The translations under genes and the position numbers were made by a program. Shown here piece by piece: positions 35,462-44,341 of a stretch of 64,000 nt of DNA. The notes under the pieces are model-generated. The model had not been told where the DNA came from, did no database searches, and worked only from the letters and a program-made list of their open reading frames with translations. Within the stretch, counting starts at the first letter, position 1. Each line of letters begins with the position of its first letter. Source of the DNA: Patescibacteria group bacterium (GTDB lineage: Bacteria; Patescibacteriota; Microgenomatia; 0-14-0-10-38-17); the NCBI GenBank assembly GCA_050953885.1, contig JBMNNJ010000001.1, positions 271,437-335,436 on the forward strand, given 5' to 3'.

Positions 35462-35516
35462 GCACCCGTAGCTCAGTTGGCAGATCCGCCAACTGGCGGA
35501 CTTTTAAGCAGTGAGC
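35462..35516 (+). pseudogene. Degenerate tRNA-Lys(TTT) fragment (5' half only; palindrome CCGCCAACTGGCGG replaces 5' anticodon stem; no T-arm)
   Basis: GCACCCGTAGCTCAGTTGGCAGA + TCCGCCAACTGGCGGA + CTTTTAAGCAGTG copies the 5' part of the tRNA-Lys 100 bp downstream. The T-arm and the 3' acceptor are missing. Confidence 0.6.
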
Positions 35517-35561
35517 ATTATAAAATAAACAGTAATTCATTAATTAAATAAGCGATTATTC

Positions 35562-35634
35562 GCGCCCGTAGCTCAGCTGGCAGAGCACCTGCCTTTTAAG
35601 CAGTGGGTCGGGAGTCCGAGTCTCCCCGGGCGCA
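35562..35634 (+). tRNA. tRNA-Lys(TTT)
   Basis: Acceptor GCGCCCG/CGGGCGC. Anticodon loop CTTTTAA. T-arm GGGAG-TCCGAGT-CTCCC. Confidence 0.85.
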
Positions 35635-35825
35635 CTAATCAACTGTATTTTGTATTCAGTATTAAGTATTCTGTATCAAAAAGATTCTGACTTTCGTCAG
35701 AATGACGTTTCCGACAAATTAACGGTTTAACAATATAGTGTATTGTATTTTTACCCCTATCATACGCAATACAAGATACCAGAGACAAAATACTAATTTT
35801 GATTTTTACTTTTAACTTTCTCTTC

Positions 35826-35901
35826 GCACCCATAGCTCAGTTGGCAGAGCATCCGCCTCTTAAGCGGCAGGTCGAGAGTTCGAATCTCTCTGGGTGCACC
35901 A
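35826..35901 (+). tRNA. tRNA-Lys(CTT)
   Basis: Acceptor GCACCCA/TGGGTGC. Anticodon loop CTCTTAA. CCA is encoded. Confidence 0.85.
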
Positions 35902-36026
35902 AAAGTTAGTAACTCGTAACCGGTAACTCGTAATTATTAAATAATCTACCGCAAGAGGGAAAAATCACCCTCCCTTTAAATAATTGAGTATTACAAGTTA
36001 CGGATTACAAGTTACCAACAATTTAA

Positions 36027-36113
36027 GGAGAGGTGCGAGAGCGGTTTAATCGGCACGCCTGGAGAGCGTGTGTGGCCGTAAGGTTACCGAGGGTTCGAAT
36101 CCCTCCCTCTCCG
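36027..36113 (+). tRNA. tRNA-Ser(GGA)
   Basis: Acceptor GGAGAGG/CCTCTCC. Anticodon loop CTGGAGA. Long variable arm. Discriminator G. Confidence 0.85.
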
Positions 36114-36132
36114 CTAATTTTAAAAAACAACG

Positions 36133-36219
36133 GGAGAGGTGCCAGAGTGGTTAAATGGGCCGGTCTTGAAAACCGGAGTATCCGCAAGGGTACCGCGAGT
36201 TCGAATCTCGCCCTCTCCG
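36133..36219 (+). tRNA. tRNA-Ser(TGA)
   Basis: Acceptor GGAGAGG/CCTCTCC. Anticodon loop CTTGAAA. Long variable arm. Confidence 0.85.
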
Positions 36220-36283
36220 CCCATTCTTCTTAGAATAAATTTCTGTTAGAAAGAACCAAAAATGATATAATTTACAAAGTTAC

Positions 36284-36357
36284 GGTGGCTATAGCTCAAT
36301 GGTTAGAGCGCTTGCCTGTGGAGCAAGATGTTGCCGGTTCGAGCCCGGTTAGCCACC
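36284..36357 (+). tRNA. tRNA-His(GTG) with encoded G-1
   Basis: An extra 5' G precedes the acceptor GTGGCTA/TAGCCAC. Discriminator C. Anticodon loop CTGTGGA. Confidence 0.8.
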
Positions 36358-36425
36358 CATTAATATTATTATTAAATAATTTTCCCTCTTGCTAAAAAAA
36401 ATTGTTTGTGCTAATTTATTAAAAT

Positions 36426-37448
36426 ATGATTGCCAAACCAAAAAACAAAACCAAGGTGGGGAAAAAATCGCCAAAAATCCCTAAAGAAATTTCGTTCTCA
36501 CCAAAACTTCTTACCAAAATTCTTTTAGGAGTGATAATTTTCCTTTTGCCTTTTGGTCTCTTGACTCTTCTTAAAGAAATTAAGGTAGGCTCCTATTCTT
36601 TTGCTTTCCAAACCGGCTATGTTAACTCTCAAGAGGCCGGGGAAATTGCCCAAAAATTTATCGGCGAAAAAATTATCGGCGGCGAAGTTAAGGTGGCAAA
36701 AGTGACCGATGAAGGCAGCCTTTATAGCTTTGACTTAGAAATTCCCAATCAAGGTAATTTTACCTCCTACATTACTAAAGACGGTCGCTTCATCTTCCCT
36801 GGCGGTTATGATTTAAAACAATTTACCCAAAATGAGGAAAACACCGCCGCGGCAAGCCAGGGCGCGGAAATTCCTAAAAGCGATCAGCCCACTGCCCAAC
36901 TTTTCCTGATGAGTTTTTGCCCGTATGGTAATCAAGCCGAAGAAATAATGATGCCGGTAGCGGAGTTACTTAAAAACTCGATAAATATTGAGCCCCATTA
37001 TATTGTTTCCAAGGTAGGAGATGAATACCAATCTCTCCACGGCGAACAGGAGTTAAATCAGGATGTGCGCGAGCTCTGTGTTTATAAATATCAGCCGGAA
37101 AAATTCTGGGCCTTCTTAAAACAAATTAATCAGGATTGCACCGCCGAAAACGCCGACACTTGCTGGAAAGGATCAGCCAGTAAAATAGGCATTAATATTA
37201 ACCAAATAAGCAACTGCGAAAAAAACGAAAAAAATGCTCTTCTTGATGCCGAAATTGCTTTAACAGAAAAATATGGGGTAGGGGGCTCGCCAACCCTGCT
37301 TATTAATGAAACCACTTATCAAGGAAGCCGTTCCGAAGAGGCCTACAAACAAGCTATTTGCGGCGCTTTTAACCAAGCTCCCCAAGAGTGCAACACGGTT
37401 TTAGGAGAAACAACCGATCAAACTACTGCCGGCGGGGGTTGCCAATGA
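36426..37448 (+). CDS. Membrane-anchored DsbA-like thioredoxin-fold protein with single-cysteine CPYG motif
   Basis: N-terminal TM helix. The C-terminal domain has FLMSFCPYGNQAE (CxxC degenerated to CPYG) and VGGSPTLLINETTYQG (the DsbA cis-Pro region). Confidence 0.5.
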   Translation: MIAKPKNKTKVGKKSPKIPKEISFSPKLLTKILLGVIIFLLPFGLLTLLKEIKVGSYSFAFQTGYVNSQEAGEIAQKFIGEKIIGGEVKVAKVTDEGSLYSFDLEIPNQGNFTSYITKDGRFIFPGGYDLKQFTQNEENTAAASQGAEIPKSDQPTAQLFLMSFCPYGNQAEEIMMPVAELLKNSINIEPHYIVSKVGDEYQSLHGEQELNQDVRELCVYKYQPEKFWAFLKQINQDCTAENADTCWKGSASKIGININQISNCEKNEKNALLDAEIALTEKYGVGGSPTLLINETTYQGSRSEEAYKQAICGAFNQAPQECNTVLGETTDQTTAGGGCQ

Positions 37449-37876
37449 AATCTACTTCTTGTCAAATCGCAGAAGAAAAAGTCTTTTTAATCAGGCTTGA
37501 CCGCGGTGAAGAAATTGTTACCTCGCTTTTGAAATTTATTCAGGAAAAAAAACTAAAAGGCGGCTTTTTATTTGGCATTGGCGCGGTTGATAAAGCTAAA
37601 TTAGCTCATTATTCTGTCTCCAAGAAAAGATATACCGAAAAAGAATTTCTTCTCCCTCTTGAGCTTACCAGCCTTCAGGGAGACTTAGCCTTCCTGAAGG
37701 GGAAGCCACTTCTTCACCTTCACGCTACTTTTGCTAAAAAAGATTTTTCTCTTCTCGGCGGCCATCTTGTTGAGGCAAGAATTTCCGGTACCGGAGAAAT
37801 CATCTTTTTCCCTTTTACCAAAAAACAGGCAAAGGCCTTCGATCAAGAAACAGGTCTTAATATCTTTAAAATTTAA
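37445..37876 (+). CDS. PPC/DUF296 domain protein
   Basis: 143 aa. LIRLDRGEEIVTSLLKFIQEKKLKGGFLFGIGAV...LHLHATF resembles the PPC (DUF296) fold. The start is at ATG 37445, a 4-nt overlap with the upstream stop. Confidence 0.5.
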   Translation: MKSTSCQIAEEKVFLIRLDRGEEIVTSLLKFIQEKKLKGGFLFGIGAVDKAKLAHYSVSKKRYTEKEFLLPLELTSLQGDLAFLKGKPLLHLHATFAKKDFSLLGGHLVEARISGTGEIIFFPFTKKQAKAFDQETGLNIFKI

Positions 37877-38963
37877 AGGAAATAATATCTTCGTCTTTTA
37901 GACGATAATCTAAACTAACCTTTTGGCCAGGGTATTTTACCGCTTTTCCCCAAACCAGGGCTCCCCTAAATTCTCTTTCTTTTTGGGGAAAAATTTTTTG
38001 GGCTAATTTTTCCACCGAAAGATTGCCGCGAAAGACAAAAGGCTCGTTATAATCTATAGCGCCATCTTTCCCCTTAAGATAAACTCTTTTTAGATCCAAT
38101 TTTTCAAAAATTGCCCGGCCTAATTCTTTCAAGCCTTGTTTTTTTTGACCGCTGACAAAAATCACTTCCGGCATTTTCTTGCTTATTTTTCCCTGATCAC
38201 TCAAAGAAAGCAAATCGCTTTTACCAATCACCGTTACTTGCGGCAGATAAACCCTGTTGCCCAACAAGCTGTCAATAAAATCTTTTTCTTCTAAAGGCTC
38301 TTTAATAATAATCTCGGCGTTTTTAATTCCCAGCTCCTCGGCAATGGCTTTAACGGTTGTTTGGCTTATTTCTTTAAGCTGATGACTATTTTTAATAATC
38401 ACCCCCCCTTTGCTTTTGCGGTTAATCTCTACTTGAGGGGGTTGCCGATCAAGCCGCACGCCGACTTTTTCCAACTCATCAATAATTTCTTCTCTTTGTT
38501 CTAATTTAAAAGGGTCGAGGAGAATAATCACCAGATCAGCGCTTCTGACCACCGAAAGCACCTGCCGACCCCCGCCTTTCCCAAAAGAGGCGCCGGAAAT
38601 TAATCCCGGTAAATCAAAAATTTGGATTTTGGCCCCCATAAAATCAAACATCCCGGGAACAACACTGGTGGTCGTAAAGGGGTAGGGGGCCACCTTTGAA
38701 CTGGCCTTGCTTAAAGCATTCAAAAGCGTCGACTTGCCCACCGAAGGAAAACCCACTAAAGCCACCGTGGCGTCACCGCTCTTGGGCAAAGCATAACCAC
38801 CACCCCCTCCCGAACCGCCTTTTTTTTGAAGAAGCTGATCTTCAAGGCGTGCCAACTTTGCCCGCAAACGGCCAATATGATGCTCCGTGCCTTTATGATA
38901 AGGGGTGCTAATAATTTCCTGACGAAGCTTATTAATCTCGTCGTTTATTTCCTGATATCCCAT
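37866..38963 (-). CDS. DRG-family (developmentally regulated GTP-binding protein) Obg-like GTPase with C-terminal TGS domain
   Basis: Collinear with eukaryotic DRG1 (HHxGxLxAxLAxL, poly-Gly, VGFPSVGKSTLL, YxFTT, GAKIQxxDLPG, GRQV, GNRVY, ALVWG, EDEDVI). A C-terminal TGS domain is present. Confidence 0.8.
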   Translation of the reverse strand: MGYQEINDEINKLRQEIISTPYHKGTEHHIGRLRAKLARLEDQLLQKKGGSGGGGGYALPKSGDATVALVGFPSVGKSTLLNALSKASSKVAPYPFTTTSVVPGMFDFMGAKIQIFDLPGLISGASFGKGGGRQVLSVVRSADLVIILLDPFKLEQREEIIDELEKVGVRLDRQPPQVEINRKSKGGVIIKNSHQLKEISQTTVKAIAEELGIKNAEIIIKEPLEEKDFIDSLLGNRVYLPQVTVIGKSDLLSLSDQGKISKKMPEVIFVSGQKKQGLKELGRAIFEKLDLKRVYLKGKDGAIDYNEPFVFRGNLSVEKLAQKIFPQKEREFRGALVWGKAVKYPGQKVSLDYRLKDEDIISFKF

Positions 38964-39216
38964 AAGCTGGTATAATTAAATAACACCCAAGAAAAAAATA
39001 ACCCTCGATGTTTGACGCGCTTGAGACGCTTGAGACCTGAAGCGTTTAAATTGCTTAAAGTTTAGGGCAGGTGACATTTTATTGCGTTTCACGCATTTCA
39101 AGCGCTTCAACGTCTCATACATAATCTTGCCCGCAACCGGGGCGGATCGATATTTGAGTTTTGATTTAACCCTTCCGATTTTGAATTTTGAGTTTTGAAT
39201 TTTTTTAACAACTTAT

Positions 39217-40614
39217 ATGAAAAGAATCCTTTTTGTTTTTGTCTCTATTTTATCATTAATCTTTTTGGCCGCTCCGGCTTGGGCCCAAGAAACAAACAAG
39301 TTTGGCATCCATATTCTTGATCCGGGTGAATTACAACAAGCCACCGAGTTGGTTAATTCCAGCGGCGGCGATTGGGGCTTTATAACCATTGTTATCCGCG
39401 ATGATGACCGCGATTTTGAAAAATGGCAAAATTTTTTTGATCAATGCCGCCAGCTTCATCTTATTCCCTTGGTACGCTTAGCCACTCATAACGAAAATGA
39501 AAATTGGGTGGCACCTAAAAAAGAAGAAATCAGCTCTTGGGTAAATTTTTTGGGCAATCTTAACTGGCCAACCAAAAACCGCTATATTATTGTCTTCAAT
39601 GAGCCAAACCACGCTAAGGAATGGGGAGGAAAAATTGACCCTCCCCATTATGCCCAGATCCTTGACGAGTTTATTTCCCAGCTTAAAAAAGCTAATCCTG
39701 ATTTTCAGGTGTTGCCAGCAGGCTTTGATTTGGCTGCTCCTAACTCAAAAACTACCAAAGATGCCCTAGCTTTTTGGCAGGAAATGAATAAAGAAGTGCC
39801 GGGAATTTTTGAAAAAATTGATGGCTGGGCTTCCCATTCCTACCCAAACCACGGTTTTTTGGGAAAACCGCAAGATTCGGGGCGCACCAGTATCCGTGGT
39901 TACCAATGGGAACTAACCGTTCTTAAAAGCCAATTTGGAGTCAAAAAAGACCTTCCTGTTTTTATCACCGAAACAGGCTGGCCGCATCAAAAAACTCAAA
40001 ACTCAAATGTGAAAACTAAAAACTTTTACCGTCCAGAATTAGTTGCCGAGTATATCGAGGCCGCTTACAAAAACGTCTGGCTAGCGGATAAAAGAGTGGT
40101 TGCCGTTACTCCTTTCACTCTCAACTACCAAGCCGAGCCACTGGATGTTTTTTCCTGGTTTGATAGCCAAAACCAGCCTTACCCCCAATACGAAAGAGTA
40201 AAAAATTTACCCAAAAACGCCTGGTGGCCCCAGCAGGAAGAAAAATGGGAAATTTTAAGCATTAAATTTCCTCAATTTATGCCTATCAATTCTAGTTATG
40301 AGGGAAAAATTGTTCTCAAAAATACCGGTCAGTCAATTTGGGGTGAAAAAGAAGCTTTTGTTTTAAAATCCAATTCTCCTTTCTCTACCGATCTTTCTTT
40401 AGATAAAAAAATTCTCCCTGGCCAAAGTGCAGAGCTGTCTTTCACAATTTTAAGCGGAGATGAACCCGCCATCATTAACCCTTCCTGGCAGGGAATTGAA
40501 GAAACAATTAAAATCAATGTTTTTAACCCCGCCCAGATTAAAAGTTATCAAGATCATTTTTGGCAAAAAATGCTTTCTTTAGTGCGCATCTGGTGGTATG
40601 ATAAAAAGCAATGA
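39217..40614 (+). CDS. Secreted hypothetical protein, possible TIM-barrel glycoside-hydrolase-like
   Basis: Signal peptide (AAPAWA|QE). An NEP/E-containing beta-strand pattern (IIVFNEPNH) is reminiscent of GH clan A. Weak. Confidence 0.35.
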   Translation: MKRILFVFVSILSLIFLAAPAWAQETNKFGIHILDPGELQQATELVNSSGGDWGFITIVIRDDDRDFEKWQNFFDQCRQLHLIPLVRLATHNENENWVAPKKEEISSWVNFLGNLNWPTKNRYIIVFNEPNHAKEWGGKIDPPHYAQILDEFISQLKKANPDFQVLPAGFDLAAPNSKTTKDALAFWQEMNKEVPGIFEKIDGWASHSYPNHGFLGKPQDSGRTSIRGYQWELTVLKSQFGVKKDLPVFITETGWPHQKTQNSNVKTKNFYRPELVAEYIEAAYKNVWLADKRVVAVTPFTLNYQAEPLDVFSWFDSQNQPYPQYERVKNLPKNAWWPQQEEKWEILSIKFPQFMPINSSYEGKIVLKNTGQSIWGEKEAFVLKSNSPFSTDLSLDKKILPGQSAELSFTILSGDEPAIINPSWQGIEETIKINVFNPAQIKSYQDHFWQKMLSLVRIWWYDKKQ

Positions 40615-42698
40615 AAAAAACTAACCGCTTAAAATTTCTTTTCGAGCCAAGATCAATCGCCGTTATTGGCGCTTCGCGCTCACCCAAAAAAATTGGCCAT
40701 CTCATCTTTAAAAATATTATTGATAATGGCTTTAGGGGTAGGATTTTCCCAATCAACCCCAAGGCAGAAAAAATCTTAAACCGCCCTGCTTATTCCTCAA
40801 TTGTCAATATTCCTCAACTGGTTGACTTGGCAATTATTGTTATCCCCGCGCCGGCAGTTGCTCCTGTTTTGGAACAAGCCGCCAAAAGAGGAGTTGGAGC
40901 GGCGATTATTATCAGCGCCGGCTTTGGGGAAAGCGGCTCGGAAGGGCAAAAGAGAGAGGAGGAAATTAAAAAAATCACCCAAAAATACCCCATTCGTGTT
41001 TTAGGGCCTAATTGTTTGGGAATTATCAACCCCCATCATCAACTTAACGCCTCCTGGGGAGCCGCTTTCCCCGAAAAAGGAAGCTTGGTTTTCTTTTCTC
41101 AATCAGGAGCCCTAAGCGCCCCGGTCCTAGAATTTTGCCAAAAAAATAACCTTGGCCTTAACTGCTTTATTAGTCTGGGCAATAAAGTGGATATCAGTGA
41201 AACGGATGTTTTAGAATTTTTCGGCAAAGAAAAAAGAGCCCAAATTTTAGCCGGTTATCTTGAATCTTTTAAAAATGGGAAAGAGCTTGTTTCTCTTGCC
41301 CGAAAAATAACCGCCCAAAAACCGGTTATCATTCTTAAGGGCGGTATGAGCAAAGAAGGCGCCCAAACCGCCTCTTCCCATACCGCGGCTCTTTCCACCC
41401 CCAAAAAAATAACCCAGGGAATTTTTAGGCAAGGAGGAATTATCCCTGCCCAAAATTTAACCGAGTTTCTTAACTTTCTTCTTCTTTTCGGTCATCTTCA
41501 AGAAAAAAGAGGCGGTGAAAAACTAGCCATCATTACCAATGCCGGCGGCGCAAGCGTTTTAGCCGTTGACGCCCTATCTGACTCTTTTTTAAAACTTGCT
41601 TCATTTTCTTCCCCAACGGTTGAAAAATTAAAACAAGTTTTACCTCCTTTAGTAGCCATTAAAAATCCCTTAGATATTTTAGGCGATGCCGATGAAGAAA
41701 GATACCAACAAGTGCTGACTGTTTGCCAAAACGACCCTCAACTTGACTCTCTTCTTCTTATTCTTACTAAACAAAGCGGCACCAACCCGGAAAAAATCGC
41801 CCAAGCCTGCGCTTCCCAAGCCTCAAAAACTAAAAAACCGGTTATCTTTAATTTCTTAGGTGAGGAAAGCGTTTCTTTGGCGCAAAAAATCATTAGCCAA
41901 AAAAAATTAGTTAATTTCTCCTCACCTGAACAAGCCATTAACAGCTTAGCTACTTTTTCTTTCTACCAAGAAAAGATTCAAAATCAAAAAAAAGCAGCTT
42001 TGGTAAAAATAAAAATAGACCAAAGCGCCAAAGAAAAAGTAAATAATATTATCAAAAACGCCTTTAAGGAGGGAAGAAAACAGCTTAACGAAGCCGAAGG
42101 ATTGGAAATTTTAAGAGCCTATAATATAAGAACTCCTAAGTTTATTACTTGGAGCAAAAAAACACCACCAAAAGACATCGCCAAAACGCTCGGTTTTCCT
42201 CTTTTTGTTAAAATCCTGAAGCCTATCATTATTCATAAAACTGACCAAAAAGCGGTTATAAAAGTAAATAATAACCAAGAGCTAAAGAAAGCCCTTAAAC
42301 AAATGAGCCAAAAATTTTCTAAACCAGAATTTATTCTCGAAGAGGCAATTAAAGAAGGGGTAGAGTTAATTTTAGGAGTAAAATACGACCCTTCTTTTGG
42401 CCATCTTTTAATGACCGGCGCCGGAGGAATTTATACCGAAGTTTTAAAAGATAATTCTTTCCGCGCTCTTCCCCTTGCTAAAAACGACGCCCAAGAAATG
42501 CTTGAGGAGCTTGCTATTTACCCTCTTCTCCGAGGAGCACGTGGTAAAGAAGCAGTTAATCTTAGCAAAATAAAGCAAACCCTTCTCGCTCTTTCCCAAT
42601 TAGCAACTGACTTCCCCCAAATTAAAGAGTTAGACCTTAACCCCCTTGTCTGTTCTCCCAAATCAGCTGTTGCCGCCGACATTAAAATTCTTCTTTAA
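40611..42698 (+). CDS. Acetate--CoA ligase (ADP-forming), fused alpha/beta subunits
   Basis: CoA-binding Rossmann fold (SIAVIGASRSPKKIGH), a succinyl-CoA-synthetase-like ligase-CoA domain, and a C-terminal ATP-grasp. The length is 695 aa. Confidence 0.85.
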   Translation: MKKTNRLKFLFEPRSIAVIGASRSPKKIGHLIFKNIIDNGFRGRIFPINPKAEKILNRPAYSSIVNIPQLVDLAIIVIPAPAVAPVLEQAAKRGVGAAIIISAGFGESGSEGQKREEEIKKITQKYPIRVLGPNCLGIINPHHQLNASWGAAFPEKGSLVFFSQSGALSAPVLEFCQKNNLGLNCFISLGNKVDISETDVLEFFGKEKRAQILAGYLESFKNGKELVSLARKITAQKPVIILKGGMSKEGAQTASSHTAALSTPKKITQGIFRQGGIIPAQNLTEFLNFLLLFGHLQEKRGGEKLAIITNAGGASVLAVDALSDSFLKLASFSSPTVEKLKQVLPPLVAIKNPLDILGDADEERYQQVLTVCQNDPQLDSLLLILTKQSGTNPEKIAQACASQASKTKKPVIFNFLGEESVSLAQKIISQKKLVNFSSPEQAINSLATFSFYQEKIQNQKKAALVKIKIDQSAKEKVNNIIKNAFKEGRKQLNEAEGLEILRAYNIRTPKFITWSKKTPPKDIAKTLGFPLFVKILKPIIIHKTDQKAVIKVNNNQELKKALKQMSQKFSKPEFILEEAIKEGVELILGVKYDPSFGHLLMTGAGGIYTEVLKDNSFRALPLAKNDAQEMLEELAIYPLLRGARGKEAVNLSKIKQTLLALSQLATDFPQIKELDLNPLVCSPKSAVAADIKILL

Positions 42699-42715
42699 TG
42701 ATATAATTAAAGAAA

Positions 42716-42788
42716 GCTCCCGTAGCTCAACGGATAGAGCGACTGTCTTCGGAACAGTAGGTTGGAGGTTCAAGTCCTCTCGGGGGCA
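42716..42788 (+). tRNA. tRNA-Arg(TCG)
   Basis: Acceptor GCTCCCG/CGGGGGC. Anticodon loop CTTCGGA. Confidence 0.8.
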
Positions 42789-42796
42789 CAAAAACT

Positions 42797-44032
42797 TTAT
42801 AAATATCTTTTCCCCTGGAGCTTCTTGGGCAGTAATGACTTATTTTTAGGATATTTTTCGTATCCCCGGCCATAGCCTAATTCTTTCATTAGTTTTGTTG
42901 GCGCGTTGCGCAATTCCAAAGGGATAGGCAAATTGCCATATTTCCTCACGTCCTCCAAGGCTTTCATATAAGCATTATAAGCGGAGCGATCTTTTTTGGC
43001 CAAAGACAGGTAAACCGCCCCATGGGCTAAGTTTTCCTGGCATTCCGGGTAACCGATCGTCTGGCAGGCCTGAAAAACAGCATTAGCCACCACCAAGGCC
43101 GTGGGTTGGGCCAAACCAATATCCTCGGAAGCAAAAACAACCATGCGCCGGGCGATAAATAAAGGATCCTCGCCGGCCTCAACCATCCGCGCTAAATAAT
43201 ACAAAGCCGCATCAGGATCCGAGGCGCGCATCGACTTAATAAAAGCCGAAATCGTATTGTAATGCTCCTCGCCAACCCGATCATAGAATAAAGAACTCTT
43301 TTGTGCCGCCTCTTCAATATATTGAAGAGGAATAATATTATTTAATGAACTACTATTTTTTGCTTTATCATATAATGTATAGGCAATTTCTAAAATATTC
43401 AGCGCTTGACGGGCATCGCCATACGCCGCTTCTAAAAGAAAATCACGGGTTTTTTCCTCAAGCTTTACCCCTAACTCTTTTAAACCCCGGTCAACAATCG
43501 TCGCTAATTCTTCCCGACTTAGAGGATTTAAAACTAAAACCCGACAGCGGGAAAGAAGGGGAGAAATAACCTCAAAAGAGGGATTTTCCGTGGTAGCTCC
43601 AATTAAGGTAATTGTCCCGTCTTCAACAAAAGGAAGAAAAGCGTCTTGTTGAGCTTTATTAAAACGATGAATTTCGTCAATAAAGAGAATGGTGCGCTTA
43701 GTCCTCTTTTCTTTTTTAAAAGAAAGCTGTTGGCTTGCTTTGATGTTTTCTCTCGCTTTCTCAATAACTTTTCGCACGTCGGCCACTTTTGCCGAAACAG
43801 CGGAATACTCAATAAAATTAGCATCGGTTGCTTCCGCAATTAAACGAGCCAAAGTAGTTTTACCGCAGCCCGGAGGACCCCAAAGAATTAAAGAAAAAAG
43901 CTGGTCCGCCTCAATCATTTGGCGTAAAATTTTTCCTTCTCCCACTAAATGTTCTTGACCTACAAATTCATTTAGATTTTTCGGTCTAATCCGTTCCGCC
44001 AAAGGAGGAAAACCGGCGGCTATTTTATCCAT
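42797..44032 (-). CDS. rarA: Replication-associated recombination protein A (AAA+ ATPase, MgsA/WRNIP1 family)
   Basis: ERIRPKNLNEFVGQEHL...LILWGPPGCGKTTLARLIA, then the MgsA C-terminal domains. Confidence 0.9.
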   Translation of the reverse strand: MDKIAAGFPPLAERIRPKNLNEFVGQEHLVGEGKILRQMIEADQLFSLILWGPPGCGKTTLARLIAEATDANFIEYSAVSAKVADVRKVIEKARENIKASQQLSFKKEKRTKRTILFIDEIHRFNKAQQDAFLPFVEDGTITLIGATTENPSFEVISPLLSRCRVLVLNPLSREELATIVDRGLKELGVKLEEKTRDFLLEAAYGDARQALNILEIAYTLYDKAKNSSSLNNIIPLQYIEEAAQKSSLFYDRVGEEHYNTISAFIKSMRASDPDAALYYLARMVEAGEDPLFIARRMVVFASEDIGLAQPTALVVANAVFQACQTIGYPECQENLAHGAVYLSLAKKDRSAYNAYMKALEDVRKYGNLPIPLELRNAPTKLMKELGYGRGYEKYPKNKSLLPKKLQGKRYL

Positions 44033-44236
44033 ACTTATATTTTACTACGATCATTCCATCATCCCTCTTGACAAAACTATAAGGTTATGATAGTATACAA
44101 AATAGATCCTGGGGTTGCCTTAGTTTAAGGTTGACTCTGGGATTTTTTTATGGGATAAAATAAAGCCGTTTTTACCCCTTTGGCCTTTCTGCTAATCTTC
44201 TAAGAGGTATGCTAAAATGATAAAAATCTTATCTTG

Positions 44237-44318
44237 GCCGAAGTGGCGGAATCGGCAGACGCGCACGGTTTAGGACCGTGTGGGGCAACCCGTGGAGGTT
44301 CAACTCCTCTCTTCGGCA
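44237..44318 (+). tRNA. tRNA-Leu(TAG)
   Basis: Acceptor GCCGAAG/CTTCGGC. Anticodon loop TTTAGGA. Long variable arm. Confidence 0.85.
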
Positions 44319-44341
44319 CTTGTTTATTTTCTCACCCAAAA

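Larger units (their letters stand above)
35222..35901 (+). repeat. Tandem duplication of a [spacer + tRNA-Lys] unit (spacer copies about 35325-35450 and 35687-35815)
   Basis: A shared block of about 125 bp, GATTCTGACTTTCGTCAGAATGACGTTTCCGACAAATTAACGGTTTAACAATATAGTGTATTGTATTTTTACCCCTATCATA...AGACAAAATACTAATTTT, appears twice. Each copy is followed by a GCACCCGTAGCTCAGTTGGCAGA... tRNA start. Confidence 0.75.

Noticed and set aside
44234-44341. N-terminal 36 codons of the ORF starting at TTG 44234
   Set aside because: This segment is the tRNA-Leu(TAG) gene (44237-44318). The CDS start was moved to ATG 44342.
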